This document shows positions 11,790 to 24,529 of a stretch of 64,000 nt of DNA, in pieces. The stretch lies in NCBI RefSeq assembly GCF_963921235.1, contig NC_086097.1, positions 252,280,001 to 252,344,000 on the forward strand. Direction: 5' to 3'. The notes beneath the pieces are model-generated. The model ran no database searches. It was not told where the DNA came from and saw only the letters and a list, made by a program, of their open reading frames with translations. How positions within the stretch are numbered: the first letter of the stretch is position 1; each line of letters opens with the position of its first letter. Source of the stretch: Mobula hypostoma. Lineage: Eukaryota. Made by a program: the position numbers and the translations under genes.

Positions 11790-13696
11790 AAACAACAGGA
11801 ATTCTGCAGATGCTGAAAATTCAAGCAACACACATAAAAGTTGCTGGTGAATGCAGCAGGCCAGGCAGCATCTCTAGGAAGAGGTGCAGTGGCCGTTTCA
11901 GGCCGAGACCCTTCGTCAGGACTAACTGAAGGAAGAGTGAGTAAGGGATTTGAAAGTTGGAGGAGGAGGGGGAGGTCCAAAATGATAGGAGAAGACAGGA
12001 GGGGGAGGGATGGAGCCAAGAGCTGGACAGGTGATAGGCAAAAGGGATACGAGAGGATCATGGGACAGGAGGTCCGGGAAGAAAGACGGTGGGGGGGAAC
12101 CCAGAGGATGGGCAAGGGGTATATTCAGAGGGACAGAGGGAGAGAAAGGAGAGTGAGAGAAAGAATGTGTGTATAAAAATAAGTAACAGATGGGGTACAA
12201 GGGGGAGGTGGGGCATTAGCGGAAGTTAGAGAAGTCGATGTTCATGCCATCAGGTTGGAGGCTACCCAGACGGAATATAAGGTGTTGTTCCTCCAACCTG
12301 AGTGTGGCTTCATTTTTACAGTAGAGGCCGTGGATAGACATGTCAGAATGGGAATGGGATGTGGAATTAAAATGTGTGGCCACTGGGAGATCCTGCTTTC
12401 TCTGGCGGACAGAGCGTAGGTGTTCAGCAAAGCGGTCTCCCAGTCTGCGTCGGGTCTCGCCAATATATAAATGGCCACATCGGGAGCACCGGACGCAGTA
12501 TATCACCCCAGCCAACTCACAGGTGAAGTGTTGCCTCACTTGGAAGGACTGTTTGCGTCTCCGCCGGATCTGCTCTCAGGATGAGGCTTTTCATTCTAGG
12601 ACGAGGGAGATGTCTTCCTTTTTTAAAGAAAAGGGCTTCCCTTCCTCCACCATCAACTCTGCTCTTAAAACGTATCTCCCCCATTTCACGTACATCTGCT
12701 CTCACTCCATCCTCCCGCCACCCCACTAGGAATAGGGTTCCCCTGGTCCTCACCTACCACCCCACCAGCCTCCGGGTCCAACATATTACTCTCCGTAACT
12801 TCCGCCACCTCCAACGGGATCCCACCACTAAGCACATCTTTCCCTCCCCCCCCCTGCATTCTGCAGGGATCGCTCCCTACGCGACTCCCTTGTCCATTCG
12901 TCCCCCCCATCCCTTCCCACCAATCTCCCTCCCAGCACTTATCCTTGTAAGCGGAATATGCCCTTACACTTCCTCCCTTGCCACCGTTCAGGGACCCAAA
13001 CAGTCCTTCCAGGTGAGGCGACACTTCACCTGTGAGTCGGCTGGGGTGATATACTGCGTCCGGTACTCCCGATGCGGCCTTCTATATATTGGTGAGACCC
13101 GACACAGGCTGGGAGACCATTTTGCTGAACACCTATGCTCTGTCCGCCAGAGAAAGCAGGATCTCCCAGTGGCCACACATTTTAATTCCACGTCCCATTT
13201 ATTGCATCTGGGTAGCCTCCAACCTGATGGCATGAACATTGACTTCTCTAACTTCCATTAATGCCCCACCTCCCCTTCATACCCCATCTGTTATTTATTT
13301 ATTATTATTATTAATTTTTACTCTCTCTCTCCTTTTTCTCCCTCTGTCCCTCTCACTATACTCCTTGCCCATCCTCTGGTTTTCTCCCCCCTCCCCCTTT
13401 TCTTTCTCCCTGGGCCTCCTGTCCCATGATCCTCTCATATCCCTTTGGCCAATCACCTGTCCAGCTCTTGGCTCCATCCCTCCCCCTCCTGTCTTCTCCT
13501 ATCATTTTGGATCTCCCCCTCCCCCTCCCACTTTCAAATCTCTTACTATCTCTTCTTTCAGTTAGTCCTGACGAAGGGTCTCGGCCCAAAACATCAACTG
13601 TACCTCTTCCTATAGATGCTGCCTGGCCTGCTGCGTTCACCAGCAACTTTTATGTGTGTTGCTTGAAATTCCAGCATCTGCAGATTTCTTCGTGCT
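11790..13696. mobile_element. Penelope-like element, two inverted arms (minus 11790-12555, plus 12556-13696), with GIY-YIG endonuclease remnants
   Basis: VIYCVRCSRCG.LYIGET..RLGDRFAEH..VATHFN..QPDGMN appears on both strands (12216-12539 minus, 12581-13261 plus). Each arm has a degenerate hammerhead motif. Confidence 0.92.
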
Positions 13697-14473
13697 TATG
13701 CAGGTTGACAGTGTTGTTAAGAAGACATATTATGTGTTGGCATTCAACAACCAGGGGATTGGGTTCAAGAGCCATGAGGTAATGTTACAGCTATAAAAGA
13801 CCTTGGTCAGACCCCCCCCCCCCCCGCCCCTTAGATTACCGTGTTCAGTACTGGTCACAACACTACAGGAAGGATGTGGATACTAGAGTGCAGAGGAGAT
13901 TTACAAGGATGTTGCCTGGATTGGGGAGCATGCCTTATGAGAATAGGTTGAGTGAACTTGACCTTTTCTCCTTGGAGCGATGGAGGATGAGAGGTGACCT
14001 GATGGAGGTGTGTAAGATGATGAGGGGCATTGATCATGTGGATAGTCAGTGGCTTTTTCCCAGGGCTGAAATGGCTAAACCGAGGGAGCATAGTTTTATG
14101 GTGTCTAGAAATAGGTACAGAGGGGATGTCTGGGATAAGTTTTTCACACAGGGAGTGGTGTGTGCATGGAATGCACTGCTGGTGCTGGTGGTGGAATCAA
14201 ATACGATAGGGTCTTTTAAGAGCCTCTTAGTACATGGGGCTTAGAAAAATAGAGGACCGTGTGGTAGGGAAACTCTAGGCAGTTTCTAGAGTAGGTTACA
14301 TGGTCAGCACAACTTTGTGGGCCGAAGGGCCTGTAATGTGCTGTAGATTTCTATGTTCTATGTTCACTATGGAAGGTTGAAATAGTTACTGTTAATGCAT
14401 GCATTCTTTGTCAGTAGCACATTTTAGTACTGTGTTCCACATTGCTAACGTTCCTTTGGTTTTACTCTTCCAG

Positions 14474-14575
14474 CATGGTGCATCACAGGAAGATTTTATT
14501 CGGGGAAATCGTGAAAAGCATGTGAGGGATGTGGTGTTTGATGTTGCAAGTCAGGCTCATGTTCACCTTGAACAT
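14474..14575 (+). CDS. NDUFAF6: NDUFAF6 internal exon, 102 bp
   Basis: tttactcttccag acceptor and gtatgt donor. Encodes HGASQEDFIRGNREKHVRDVVFDVASQAHVHLEH, in phase with the previous exon. Confidence 0.95.
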
Positions 14576-15029
14576 GTATGTACTTTTATTGTTTTAATTC
14601 ATTCTTTCAGTGTTCCCATATTGCCACCTCTGACTGTGGGACACCTGTTGGCATGTCTTTCTGTTTTTTTTCTCTCCCCTCTGCCCCTCCTCAATATGTT
14701 ATCCAATCAGTAAGTTTAACATTTCAGATATTTGGTGTAGGCCTATCCTGAAGAAGTTTAAGCCTTCCCTTCCAGTTTAATTGTCATTCAACCATTGATA
14801 TGAATACAGCCAAATGAGACATTGTTCCTCTGTAGTCAAAGTGCAAAACACAGAACCAGAAGCTCCACACAGTAAATAGTACATATAATAATGATAGCAG
14901 AAAAATATTGTTACAAAAAAATAGAGAAAATAATATAACTCATGCCCCTGAGTGTCATGGGACAAGCACACAGCAGTTCCTCATATCGTACTAATGTAGC
15001 CGCAGCTCCTCGATGGGAGTGAGCTACAC

Positions 15030-15235
15030 CCTCTCACTGCTTCCCCTCTGATCTCTGCTCCAGCTCATTCTTCTCACCCTCTACCTCATTATTCTGGCTG
15101 CTTCCGTTTTCCTTTCTTGTCCCGATGAAGCGTCTCAGCCTGAAACTCCCAACTCTTTATTGCCCTCCATAGATGTTGCCTGACCTTCTGAGTTCCTCTG
15201 GCATTTCGTTTGTGTTGCTCTGGATTTCCAGATAT
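15030..15235 (+). mobile_element. Old Penelope-type terminal relic with a decayed hammerhead
   Basis: cccgatgaagcgtctcagcctgaaac..atagatgttgcctgacc..gtgttgctctggatttccag parallels the younger Penelope ends in this window. Confidence 0.6.
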
Positions 15236-15315
15236 TTCTGCAATTATTTCTTTTTTTCTGGAATTATTACAAGAAGGGTGAATTATTTCTCAATAACTTC
15301 TTGTTTTTTTTTCAG

Positions 15316-15372
15316 GCTAGGTCCTTCTATGGAAAAGTCCCTTCGAGGGCCTACCCAGCATTTTTGCAAACG
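15316..15372 (+). CDS. NDUFAF6: NDUFAF6 internal exon, 57 bp
   Basis: ttttttttcag acceptor and gtatgt donor. Encodes ARSFYGKVPSRAYPAFLQT. Confidence 0.93.
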
Positions 15373-15439
15373 GTATGTTATCTCTGGACATTATTTCTGT
15401 ACTTCTATCTGCTGCAGCTCCCTGACTTTTGCCCAACCT

Positions 15440-16940
15440 TTTCTGTCTTTTGAGGATCGGTTAAGTGAGCTAGGGCTTTTCTCTTTGGAGTGAGGGAGAA
15501 TGAGAGGTGACGACAGAGGTGTACAAGACGATAAGAGGCATGGATAGTGGATAGCCAGAGACTTTTTCCCAGGGTGGAAATAGCTCAAACAAGGGGGTTA
15601 GTTCTAGCTCGGATAAAGCTGATTGGCAGGACACAAAGAGTGGGAATAAATGGAGCCTTTTCTGGTTGGCTGCCAGTGACTAGTGGTGTTCCACATGGGT
15701 CTGTGTTGGGACCAACTTTTTACCTTATCTATCAATGATTTGGATGATGGAATTGATGGCTTTATTGCAAAGTTTTCAGTTGATATGAAGATAGGTGGAG
15801 GGCAGGTAGTTTTGAGGAAGCAGGCCACAGAAAGATTTAGACAGACTAGGAAAATGGGTAGAGAAATGGCAGATGGAATACAGTGTCAGAAAGTGTATGG
15901 TCATGCACTTTGGTAGAAGAAATGAAAAGGTTGACTATATTCTAAATGGAGAGGAAATGCAAAAAACTGGGGTCCAAATGGACTTGGAAGTCCTCGTGCA
16001 GGATTCCCTCAAGAACAATATGCAGATTGAGTCTGTGGTGAGGAAGGCAAATGCAATGTTAGCATCCATTTCAAGTGGACTAGATTGTAAACACAAGGAT
16101 TTAATGTTAAAACTTCATAAAGCACTGGTGAAGCCTTGGTTGGAGTATTGTGAGCCGTTTTGGGTCCCTTATCTTACCGAGGATGCGCTGAAACTGAAGA
16201 GGGTTCAGCGGAGGTTCACAAAAATGATTCCAGGATTTAATGGCTTGTCATATGAAAAGCATTTGATGGCTTTGGGCTGTATTCGCTGGGATTCAGAAGA
16301 ATGAGGGGTGACCTCATTGAAACCTGTCAAATGGTGAAAGAGGCCTTGCTAGAGTGGATGTGGAGAGGATATTTCCTGTGGTGTGCGAGTTTAAGACAAA
16401 GCCTCAGAATAGAGGTGCATCCTTTTAGAATGGAGATGGGGAATTTCTTTAGCCGGAGAGTGGTGAATCTGGAATTCTTTGCCACAGAGAGCTGTGGAGG
16501 CCAAGTCTGTATGGAGATCTAAGGCAGAGGCTGATAGATTCTTGAGTAGTCAGAATATGAAGGGATACAGGGAGAAAGCAGGAGACTGGGGCTGAGCAAA
16601 ATTGGATCAGTCATGATGAAACGGTGGAGCACACTTGATGGGCCAAACAGCCTAATTCTGCTCCAAAGTCTTATGGTCTTATTTTAAAATGATTGGAGGA
16701 AAGTTGTCAGAGAAAAGTTTTTCTACCCCCCATACTAAATGGAGAGAAAATACAAAAAACTGAGGTGTGTGGTAATAGGGGTGGTGGTGGAGGTAGGTAC
16801 ATTAGCAATATTTAGGAAGCTCTTAGACACATGTATGATCGAAAAATGGGGAGTTGTGTGGGAGGAAAGGGTTAGATTTATTTTTGAGTAGGTTAGCACA
16901 ACATGGTGGCTATAATGTGCTGTAGTGTTCTATGTTCTCT
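15440..16940 (+). mobile_element. Cluster of decayed CR1 3' fragments
   Basis: VTSGVP, KCMVMHFG, LEYC..W.P and MRGDLIE remnants, with cttatgg-type tails. Confidence 0.8.
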
Positions 16941-17861
16941 CCCTGATGTGGAGTTGGGTTTCTGCTGCTGCCGTAATGCAAAAATATTCTTGTCAAAGTT
17001 GTCATTGAAACATCTGTCTCTGTTTGTGTGTTTCTGTCAATTGGTTTGAGGACCTAGATCTTGTACAGCCGGTACTGCACTGCCGTGCCATCCCTATAAC
17101 ACAGTGGGAATGTGTTCATGCGGTCAGTTGCAATTTATACCCTGTGACTGAGTTTTTAATAATACATTTTCCCACTGTTGTTAGGAAGAAGTTTGTACTT
17201 TCTCCGTGTGACCCTGTGGGTTTCCTCCCGCAGTCCAAAGATGTACCAATTAGCATGTTAATTGGTCATTGTAAATTGTCCTGTGATGAGACCAGGGTTA
17301 AATTGGATCTCTGGGTGGTGCAGCTCGAAGGGCCTGTTCCATGCTGTATCTCAATAAATAAATATTCTGTGTGACTGTCGTTGAACCCAAGATGTATTGA
17401 CAAATAAGATTTGATGAAGCTAAACAAACAAACAAAAGAGGTTGGCTTATTGAAGACTGCAAAGAATTAAAGTGGTGAAATGGTTCATAAATCAGAGCAT
17501 TGAGTACAGGAAATGGGATGTTATCTTGAAGTTGTATGAGACGTTGGTGAGGCCTAATTTGGAGTATTGTGTACAGTTTTGGTCACCTACCTACAGGAAA
17601 GATGTAAACAAGGTTGAAAGAGTACAGCAAAGGTTTACAAGGATGGTGCCAGGTTTGGAGGACCTGGGTTATGAGGAAAGATTGAATAGGTTTGGACTTT
17701 ATTCCTTCGAATATAGAAGATTGGTTGTAAGAGTGTGGGACAAGCTGCCAGCACAAGTAGTACATGCAAGCTTGATTTCAACATTTAAGAGAAGTTTGGA
17801 TCGGTACCTGGATGGGAGGGGTATGGAGGGCAGTACAGGTCAATGGAAGAAAGCAGTTGTA

Positions 17862-19335
17862 ATAGAAACATAGAAAATAGGTGCAGGAGTAGGCCATTCG
17901 GCCCTTCGAGCCTGCACCGCCATTCAGTATGATCATGGCTGATCATCCAACTCAGAATCCTGTACCTGCCTTCCCTCCATACCCCCGATCCCTTTAGCTA
18001 CCAGGGCCATATCTAACTCCCTCTTAAATATAGCCAATGATCTGGCCTCAACTGTTTCCTGTGGCAGAGAATTCCACAGATTCACCACTCTCGGTGTGAA
18101 GAAGTATTTCCTGATCTCAGTCCTAACAGGCTTCCCCTTTATTCTTAAACTGTGACCCCTCGTTCTGGACTTCCCCAACATCGGGAACAATCTTCCTGCA
18201 TCTAGCCTGTCCAATCTCTTTAGGATTTTATACGTTTCAATAAGATCCCCTCTCAATCTTCTAAATTCCAGCGAGTATAAGCCTAGTCGATCCAGTCTTT
18301 CTTCATATGAAAGTCCTGCCATCCCAGGAATCAATTTGGTGAACCTTCTTTGTACTCCCTCTATGGTAAGAATGTCTTTCCTCAGATTAGGGGACCAAAA
18401 CTGCACACAATACTCCAGGTGTGGTCTCACCAAGGCCTTGTACAACTGCAGTAGTACCTCCCTGCTCCTGTACTCAAATCCTCTTGCTATGAATGCCAGC
18501 ATACCATTCGCCTTTTTCACCACCTGCTGTACCTGCATGCCCACTTTCAATGACTGGTGTATAATGACACCCAGGTCTCGTTGCACCTCCCCTTTTCCTA
18601 ATCGGCCACCATTCAGATAATAACCTGTTTTCCTGTTCTTGCCACCAAAGTGGATAACCTCACATTTATCCACATTAAATTGCATCTGCCATGAATTTGC
18701 CCACTCACCTAACCTATCCAAGTCACCCTGCATCCTCTTAGCATCCTCCTCACAGCTAACACTGCCGCCCAGCTTCGTGTCATCCACAAACTTGGAGATG
18801 CTGCATTTAATTCCCTCATCTAAGTCATTAATATATATCGTAAACAACTGGGGTCCCAGCACTGAGCCTTGCGGTACCCCACTAGTCACTGCCTGCCATT
18901 CTGAAAAGGTCCCGTTTATTCCCACTCTTTGCTTCCTGTCTGCCAACCAATTCTCTATCCACATCAATACCTTACCCCCAATACCATGTGCCTTAAGTTT
19001 GCACACTAATCTCCTGTGTGGGACCCTCGGTCCCCTACTGTTTCCGGAAGATTATTTATGTCTTTCTTAGTGAAGACAGAACCAAAGTAGTTATTCAATT
19101 GGTCTGCCATGTCCTTGTTCCCCATGATCAATTCACCTGTTTCTGTCTGTAGGGGACCTACATTTGTCTTAACCAATCTTTTTCTTTTCACATATCTATA
19201 AAAGCTTTTACAGTCAGTTTTTATGTTCCCTGCCAGCTTCCTCTCATAATCTTTTTTCCCTTTCCTAATTAAATCCTTTGTCCTCCTCTGCTGGACTCTG
19301 AATTTCTCCCAGTCCTCAGGTGAGCCGCTTTTGTT
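17862..19335 (-). mobile_element. Young CR1 LINE (RT region) with an internal deletion
   Basis: 357-aa ORF 17933-19006 ([25 protein letters not shown]) and a (tttctatg)n tail. Same family as 60808-62598. Confidence 0.93.
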
Positions 19336-19609
19336 TTTGGCATGGACCAGATGGGCCAAAGGGCCTGTTTGTGTGCTGTTCTTTTCTATGAGTCTAGGAA
19401 TGGAATTGGACATTCTTCCCATGACCACAGGGTCTTCCCCCGGGTTCACCCGTTTCCTCCCACATACCCAAAGGGTGGGGGAGTTGTGGACATGCTGTGG
19501 TGCCGGATGAGTGGTGACACTTGTGGGCTGGCCAGCACATTCCTCGCTGATTTGATGAAAACAACATATTTCGTTGTATGTTTTGATGTATTTGTGACAC
19601 TTCTAATCT

Positions 19610-22600
19610 CCTGATAGACCGCATGGCAGCACTGGAGCTGTGCATGGACTCACTTTGGAGCATCTGAGTTGCTGAGAACGTTGTGGATAGCACATTCAGT
19701 GAGTTGGTCACACCGCAGTTTAAGGATCTAAGGAAGGAGAGGGAATGGGTGACCAACAGGAAGAGTAGTAGCAGGAAGGTAGTACAGGAGTCTCCTGCGG
19801 TCCGCCCCCTCCAAAACAGATATACTGCTTTGTAGTCTGTTGGGGGAGATGGCTCATCGGGTGAAGGCAGCAGTAGCCAGGATCGTGGCACCGTGGGTGG
19901 CTCTGCTGTGCATGAGGACAAGGAAGAGAGTGGCGGAGCTGTTGTGGTGGGGGTTCCATGGTAAGGGGAATAGAGAGGAGCTTCTGTGGCCACAAACGAG
20001 ACTCCCGTATGGTGTGTTGCCTCCCCAGTGCAAGGGTCAGAGATGTTTCGGAGAGGCTGCAGGGCAGTCTGAAAGGGGAGGGTGAGCAGCCAGCTGTCGT
20101 GGTGTATGTAGGTACCAATGATATAGGAAGAAAGCGGGATGAGGTCCTACAAGCTGAATTTAGGGAGCTAGGAGATAAATTAAAGAGTAGGACCTCGAAG
20201 GTAATAATCTCAGGATTATTACCGGTGCCACGTGTTAGCCAGCGTTGGAATAGCAGGATAGCTAGAATGAATATGTGGCGTGAGCGGTGGGGCAGGAGGG
20301 AGGGTTTCAGATTCTTGGGGCATTGGAACCGCTTCTGGGGGAGGTGGGACCAGTACCATCCAGACAGTCTACATCTGGGCAGGGCCGGGATCAATGTCCT
20401 AGGGAGATTGTTTGCTAGTGCTGTTGGGGAGGCTTTAAACTAATTTGGCAGGGGAATGGGAACCCACACAGAAAAGATGAGGGAAGTGATGCAGAGACCA
20501 AAGCTAGAGTTAGTGAGGAAAAAAGTAAGAGTAGAGTGCATAAAAGTAAAAAGCAAAAATCGCATAGGTCACTGGATTCTAAAAGGACAATGAGTATAAT
20601 GAGCACTTTATCTAAATGCCCGTAGTATTAGAAACAAGGTTAGTGAACTTGTGGCACAGATCAGTACCAAGGCATTTGATTTAGTGGCCATTACAGAAAC
20701 CTGGTTGCAAGGTGGAGACGACTGGGAATTAAATATCCAAGGGTATCACGTAATACGGAAAGATAGGCAGGAAGGCAGAGGAGGTGGGGTGGTGCTCTTG
20801 ATAAGGGATGAGATCAGGGCGATTGTGAGAGACGATGTAAGATCTACAGAGCAGAATGTTGAGTCCATCTGGGTAGAGATTAAGAAAAGTAAAGGGAAAA
20901 AAATGACTGGTGGGTGTTGTCTATAGGCCACCTAATAAAAACATTGCAGTGGCAGAGGCAATTAACCAAGAAATAACTGAGGCTTGTAAGAACGGAACGG
21001 CAGTTGTCATGGGGGATTTTAACTTCCACATAGATTGGGTGAATCGGGTTGGTCAAGGAAATCTTGAGGAGGACTTCATAGAATGCATCATTGATAGCTT
21101 TCTTGAGCAGCATGTTAGTGAACCTACAAGGGAAAATACTATCTTAGATCTAGTCATGTGCAATGAGACAGGTAAGATTAACGATCTTGTAGTCAGCGAT
21201 CCTCTTGGAAAGAGTGATCATAGTATGATTGAATTTCGCATTCAGATGGAGGATGAAATAGTGTATTATGCTGGAACAAGGGAGACTACGTCAGGATGAG
21301 GGAGGAGTTGGCTAATGTGGATTGGGAGCACAGGCTATTTGGTAGGACAGTTGAGGAACAGTGGAATACTCTCAAAGCAATTTTTCACAGTGCTCAACAA
21401 AAGTGTATTCCAGTCAAAAGTAAGGACAGTAAGTGTGGGGAGAGCCAGCCTTGGATAGCTAAGGAAATAAAAGATAGTATCATGTGTACAAAGTTGCAAA
21501 GAGTAGTGGGAGACTGGAGGATTGGGAAAACTTCAAAAAGCAACAGAGAACAACTAAACAAGAAATAAGGAAAGGGAAGATAGAGTATGAGAGTAAATTA
21601 GCACAAAATATAAAAACAGATAGCAAAAGTTTTGATAAAAATGTAAAGCTGAAGAGGGTGGCTAAAGTCAACGAAGGCCCCTTGGAAGACGAGAAGGGGA
21701 AATTGATATTGGGTGATAAGGAAATGGCTGAGGCATTGAACGACTATTCTGTGTCGGGCCTCACAGTGGAGGACACATCTAATATGCCAAAGAAGGATGT
21801 TATGGACGAAATGGGAGGTGAGGACCTCGATAAAATCACTGTCACTAAAGAGATAGTGATGAGCAAACTAAAGGGCCTGAAGGTAGATAAGTCCCCTGGT
21901 CCTGATGGGATGCATCCCAGGGTGCTGAAGGAATTGGCGGAGGTTATAGTAGACGCATTGGTAATCATTTATCAAAACTCTCTAGACAATGGGCAGGTCC
22001 CGGCGGACTGGAAGACAGCAAATGTCACGCCACTTTTTAAAAAAGGATGTCGGCAAAAGACGGGCAACTATAGGCCAGCTAGCTTAACATCTGCAGTTGG
22101 GAAAATGCTTGAAGCTGTCATTAAGGAAGAAATAGTGAAACATTTAGAAAGGAGTGGTTCCATTAGACAGACGCAGCATGGATTCAGAATGGGCAGGTCC
22201 TGTTTGACAAACGTACTGGAGTTCTTTGAGGACATAATGAGTGCAGTGGATGGAGGGGAACAGGTGGATGTCACATATTTGGATTTCCAGAAGGTGTTCA
22301 ATAAGGTGCCACACAAGAGACTTATAAATAAGATATGGATCCATGGAGTTGGAAGAAGTGTATTGGCATGGATAGTGGATTGGTTAACCAATAGAAGGCA
22401 GAGAGTTGGTATAAATGGGTGTTTCTCCAGTTGGCAGTCGGTGGTGAGTGGGGTGCCGCAGGGGTCGGTGCTGGGCCCACAACTGTTTACCATTTACATT
22501 GGAAGAGGGGACTGAGTGTAGCATAGCAAAATTTGCTGATGACACTAAACTGAGTGGAAAAGCAAACTGTATGTGGAAAGTCTGCAGGGGGATGTAGATA

Positions 22601-23465
22601 GGTTAAGGTTAAGTGAGTGGGCCAAGGTCTGGCAGATGGAATACAACTTTGGTAAATGTAAGATCATGCACTCTGGAAGGAATAATAGAAGAGCAGATTA
22701 TTATTTAAGTGGTGAAAGATTGCAGCATGCTGTTGTGCAGAGGGACTTGGGAGTGCTTGTTCATGAATCACAAAAAGTTGGCTTGCAGGTACAACAAGTT
22801 ATTAAGAAGGCAAACGAAATGTTGGCCTTCATTGCGAGAGGGATTGAATTCAAGAGCAGGGAGGTCATGCTGCAACTATACAGGGTACTGGTGAGGCCAC
22901 ACCTGGAGTACTGTGTGCAGTTCTGGTCTCCATACTTGAGGAAGGATATACTGGCTTTGGAGGCAGTGCAGAGGAGGTTCACCAGGTTGATTCCAGGAAT
23001 GAAGGGGTTCACCTATGAGGAGAAATTAAGTCACCTGGGATTATACTCTCTGGAATTCAGAAGAATGAGAGGGGATCTTATAGAAACATACAAAATTTTG
23101 AAAGGGATAGATAAGATAGAAGTAGGAAAGTTGTTTCCATTGGTAGGTGAGACTGGAACTAGGGGACATTGCCTCAAGATTCAGGGGAGAAGATTTAGGA
23201 CGGAGATGAGGAGAAACTGTTTTTCCCAGAGAGTGGTGAATCTGTGGAATTCTCTGCCCAGGGAAGCAGTTAAGGCTTCTTCAGTAAATATATTTAAGAT
23301 ACAGTTAGATAAGTTTTTACATAGTAGGGGAATTAATGGTTATGGGGAAAAGGCAGGTAGATGGAGCTGAGTTTACAGACAGATCAGCCATGATCTTATT
23401 GAATGGCGGGGCAGGCTCGATGGGCCAGATGGCCGACTCCTGCTCCTATTTCTTATGTTCTTATA
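19610..23465 (+). mobile_element. Near-full-length CR1 LINE (SGNH-esterase ORF1 plus frameshifted APE-RT ORF2)
   Basis: ORF1 19958-20443 (VGTNDIG, DSLHL). APE motifs AITETW, MGDFN and SDH. RT at 21484-23370. Tail ttcttatgttcttat. Confidence 0.93.
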
Positions 23466-23574
23466 TTTTGTTAATCTTTATTGGTTGTAAGGTTCTAGGA
23501 TGAGGTCGCCTTTGAAGGCATCCTGGTTACTTTTGAATTTTTAAACTGAACGGTCAAAATTTAATACTTTCCAG

Positions 23575-23703
23575 GTTATCCTTGACGACTACTTGAAGAA
23601 AATTCGTAAAGTGGATTTTGATGTATTTCACCCCAGCCTTCAGAAGAGGAATACAATGCTTCCTTTCCACTTGTATATACGTTCTTGGAGGAAAGTCTAT
23701 TAA
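23575..23703 (+). CDS. NDUFAF6: NDUFAF6 terminal coding exon (42 aa plus TAA)
   Basis: tactttccag acceptor. Encodes [42 protein letters not shown], matching the NDUFAF6 C-terminus. Confidence 0.95.
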   Translation, partial: VILDDYLKKIRKVDFDVFHPSLQKRNTMLPFHLYIRSWRKVY

Positions 23704-23995
23704 TAAAATGCCAACTTTATAACAGAAAAGTGGTCTTTTTTTTGAGAAGTTAGTATTCTGTACAGAAACAGGATGGCATTGCCCATTTGATCTTTCTAGT
23801 TCAGATTTCTTGTGTCCTCAGTTGTGCAAGAGGAATTGAGTCTGACACCATCACATTCCACCTCTCATTAACACCTGTAATTGCTATATTGATCACAGTT
23901 GTTTATCACCGGGGGGAAAGGCAGTCTCAGAATGACTTTCCAATCCAAAGTGATTAACCTTTGAATAAAAACAAATTGTACACACTGGAAATAAA
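23702..23995 (+). promoter_or_regulatory. Candidate NDUFAF6 polyadenylation signals
   Basis: AATAAA at 23702-23707 (overlapping the stop codon), at about 23964 and at about 23990. Confidence 0.45.
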
Positions 23996-24199
23996 AACAG
24001 AAGTACCAAAATATTCAGCAGGTCAGCCAGTGTTTGTGGAAAGGGAAATGGCAGTAATGTTTTACATTGAAGAACCCTTGTCAGGGTCTGTTCAGCATCA
24101 ACTAAATGGGCTGACAAGCCTGTTTCTGTGTGTAAGATGTTTGAATGGTAATGCAATTTAACATGGAGCACTGCAGCGATGTTGTGCCTATCTTTTATT

Positions 24200-24465
24200 T
24201 ATTTATTTTTATTTACCAACACGATGTGGCATTGGCCCTTCCAGCCCTTCGAACTACACCACCTTGCAACTCCCAACAACCCCAAATTAATGTTAGCCTA
24301 ATTACAATGACCAATTAACCTATCCAGTACATCTTTAGACTGGGAGGAAACCAGAGCACCCAGGGAAACCCCAAGCACTCCACAGGGAAGACGCTGGAAA
24401 TGAACTCTGACCTCTGCCCTGAGCTGTAATAGTGCCGTGCTAGCCACTATGTTCCCTTGGCGCCC
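24200..24465 (-). mobile_element. Decayed V-SINE/HE1-like SINE; related copies at about 30180-30400, 43940-44225 and 44340-44490
   Basis: The copies share acaatgaccaattaacc..tctttggact..ggaggaaaccggagcacc..gaaaccca-like blocks. Confidence 0.6.
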
Positions 24466-24529
24466 CAAACCTACTTTTAACTTACTCTAAGATCAACCTA
24501 GCTCTTCCCTCCCACATAACCCTCCAGTC

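Larger units (their letters stand above)
2760..14365 (+). mobile_element. Decayed near-full-length CR1 LINE (5' UTR, SGNH-esterase ORF1, APE-RT ORF2), split by nested Rex1, L1, Tc1 and Penelope insertions
   Basis: ORF1 remnant 3516-4064 has GDSI / LPGA / HIGTNDIG / DGLHLN. ORF2 pieces lie at 4072-4243, 5185-5940, 9691-10720 (GNYRPVNLTSVVGK, SQYGF) and 13697-14365, with a ttctatgttctatg tail. Confidence 0.85.

Noticed and set aside
11841..12176. Recurrent MLVNAAGQAASLGRG.. ORFs as a small protein family
   Set aside because: They are antisense readings of the non-coding Penelope terminal repeat and start at non-ATG codons.
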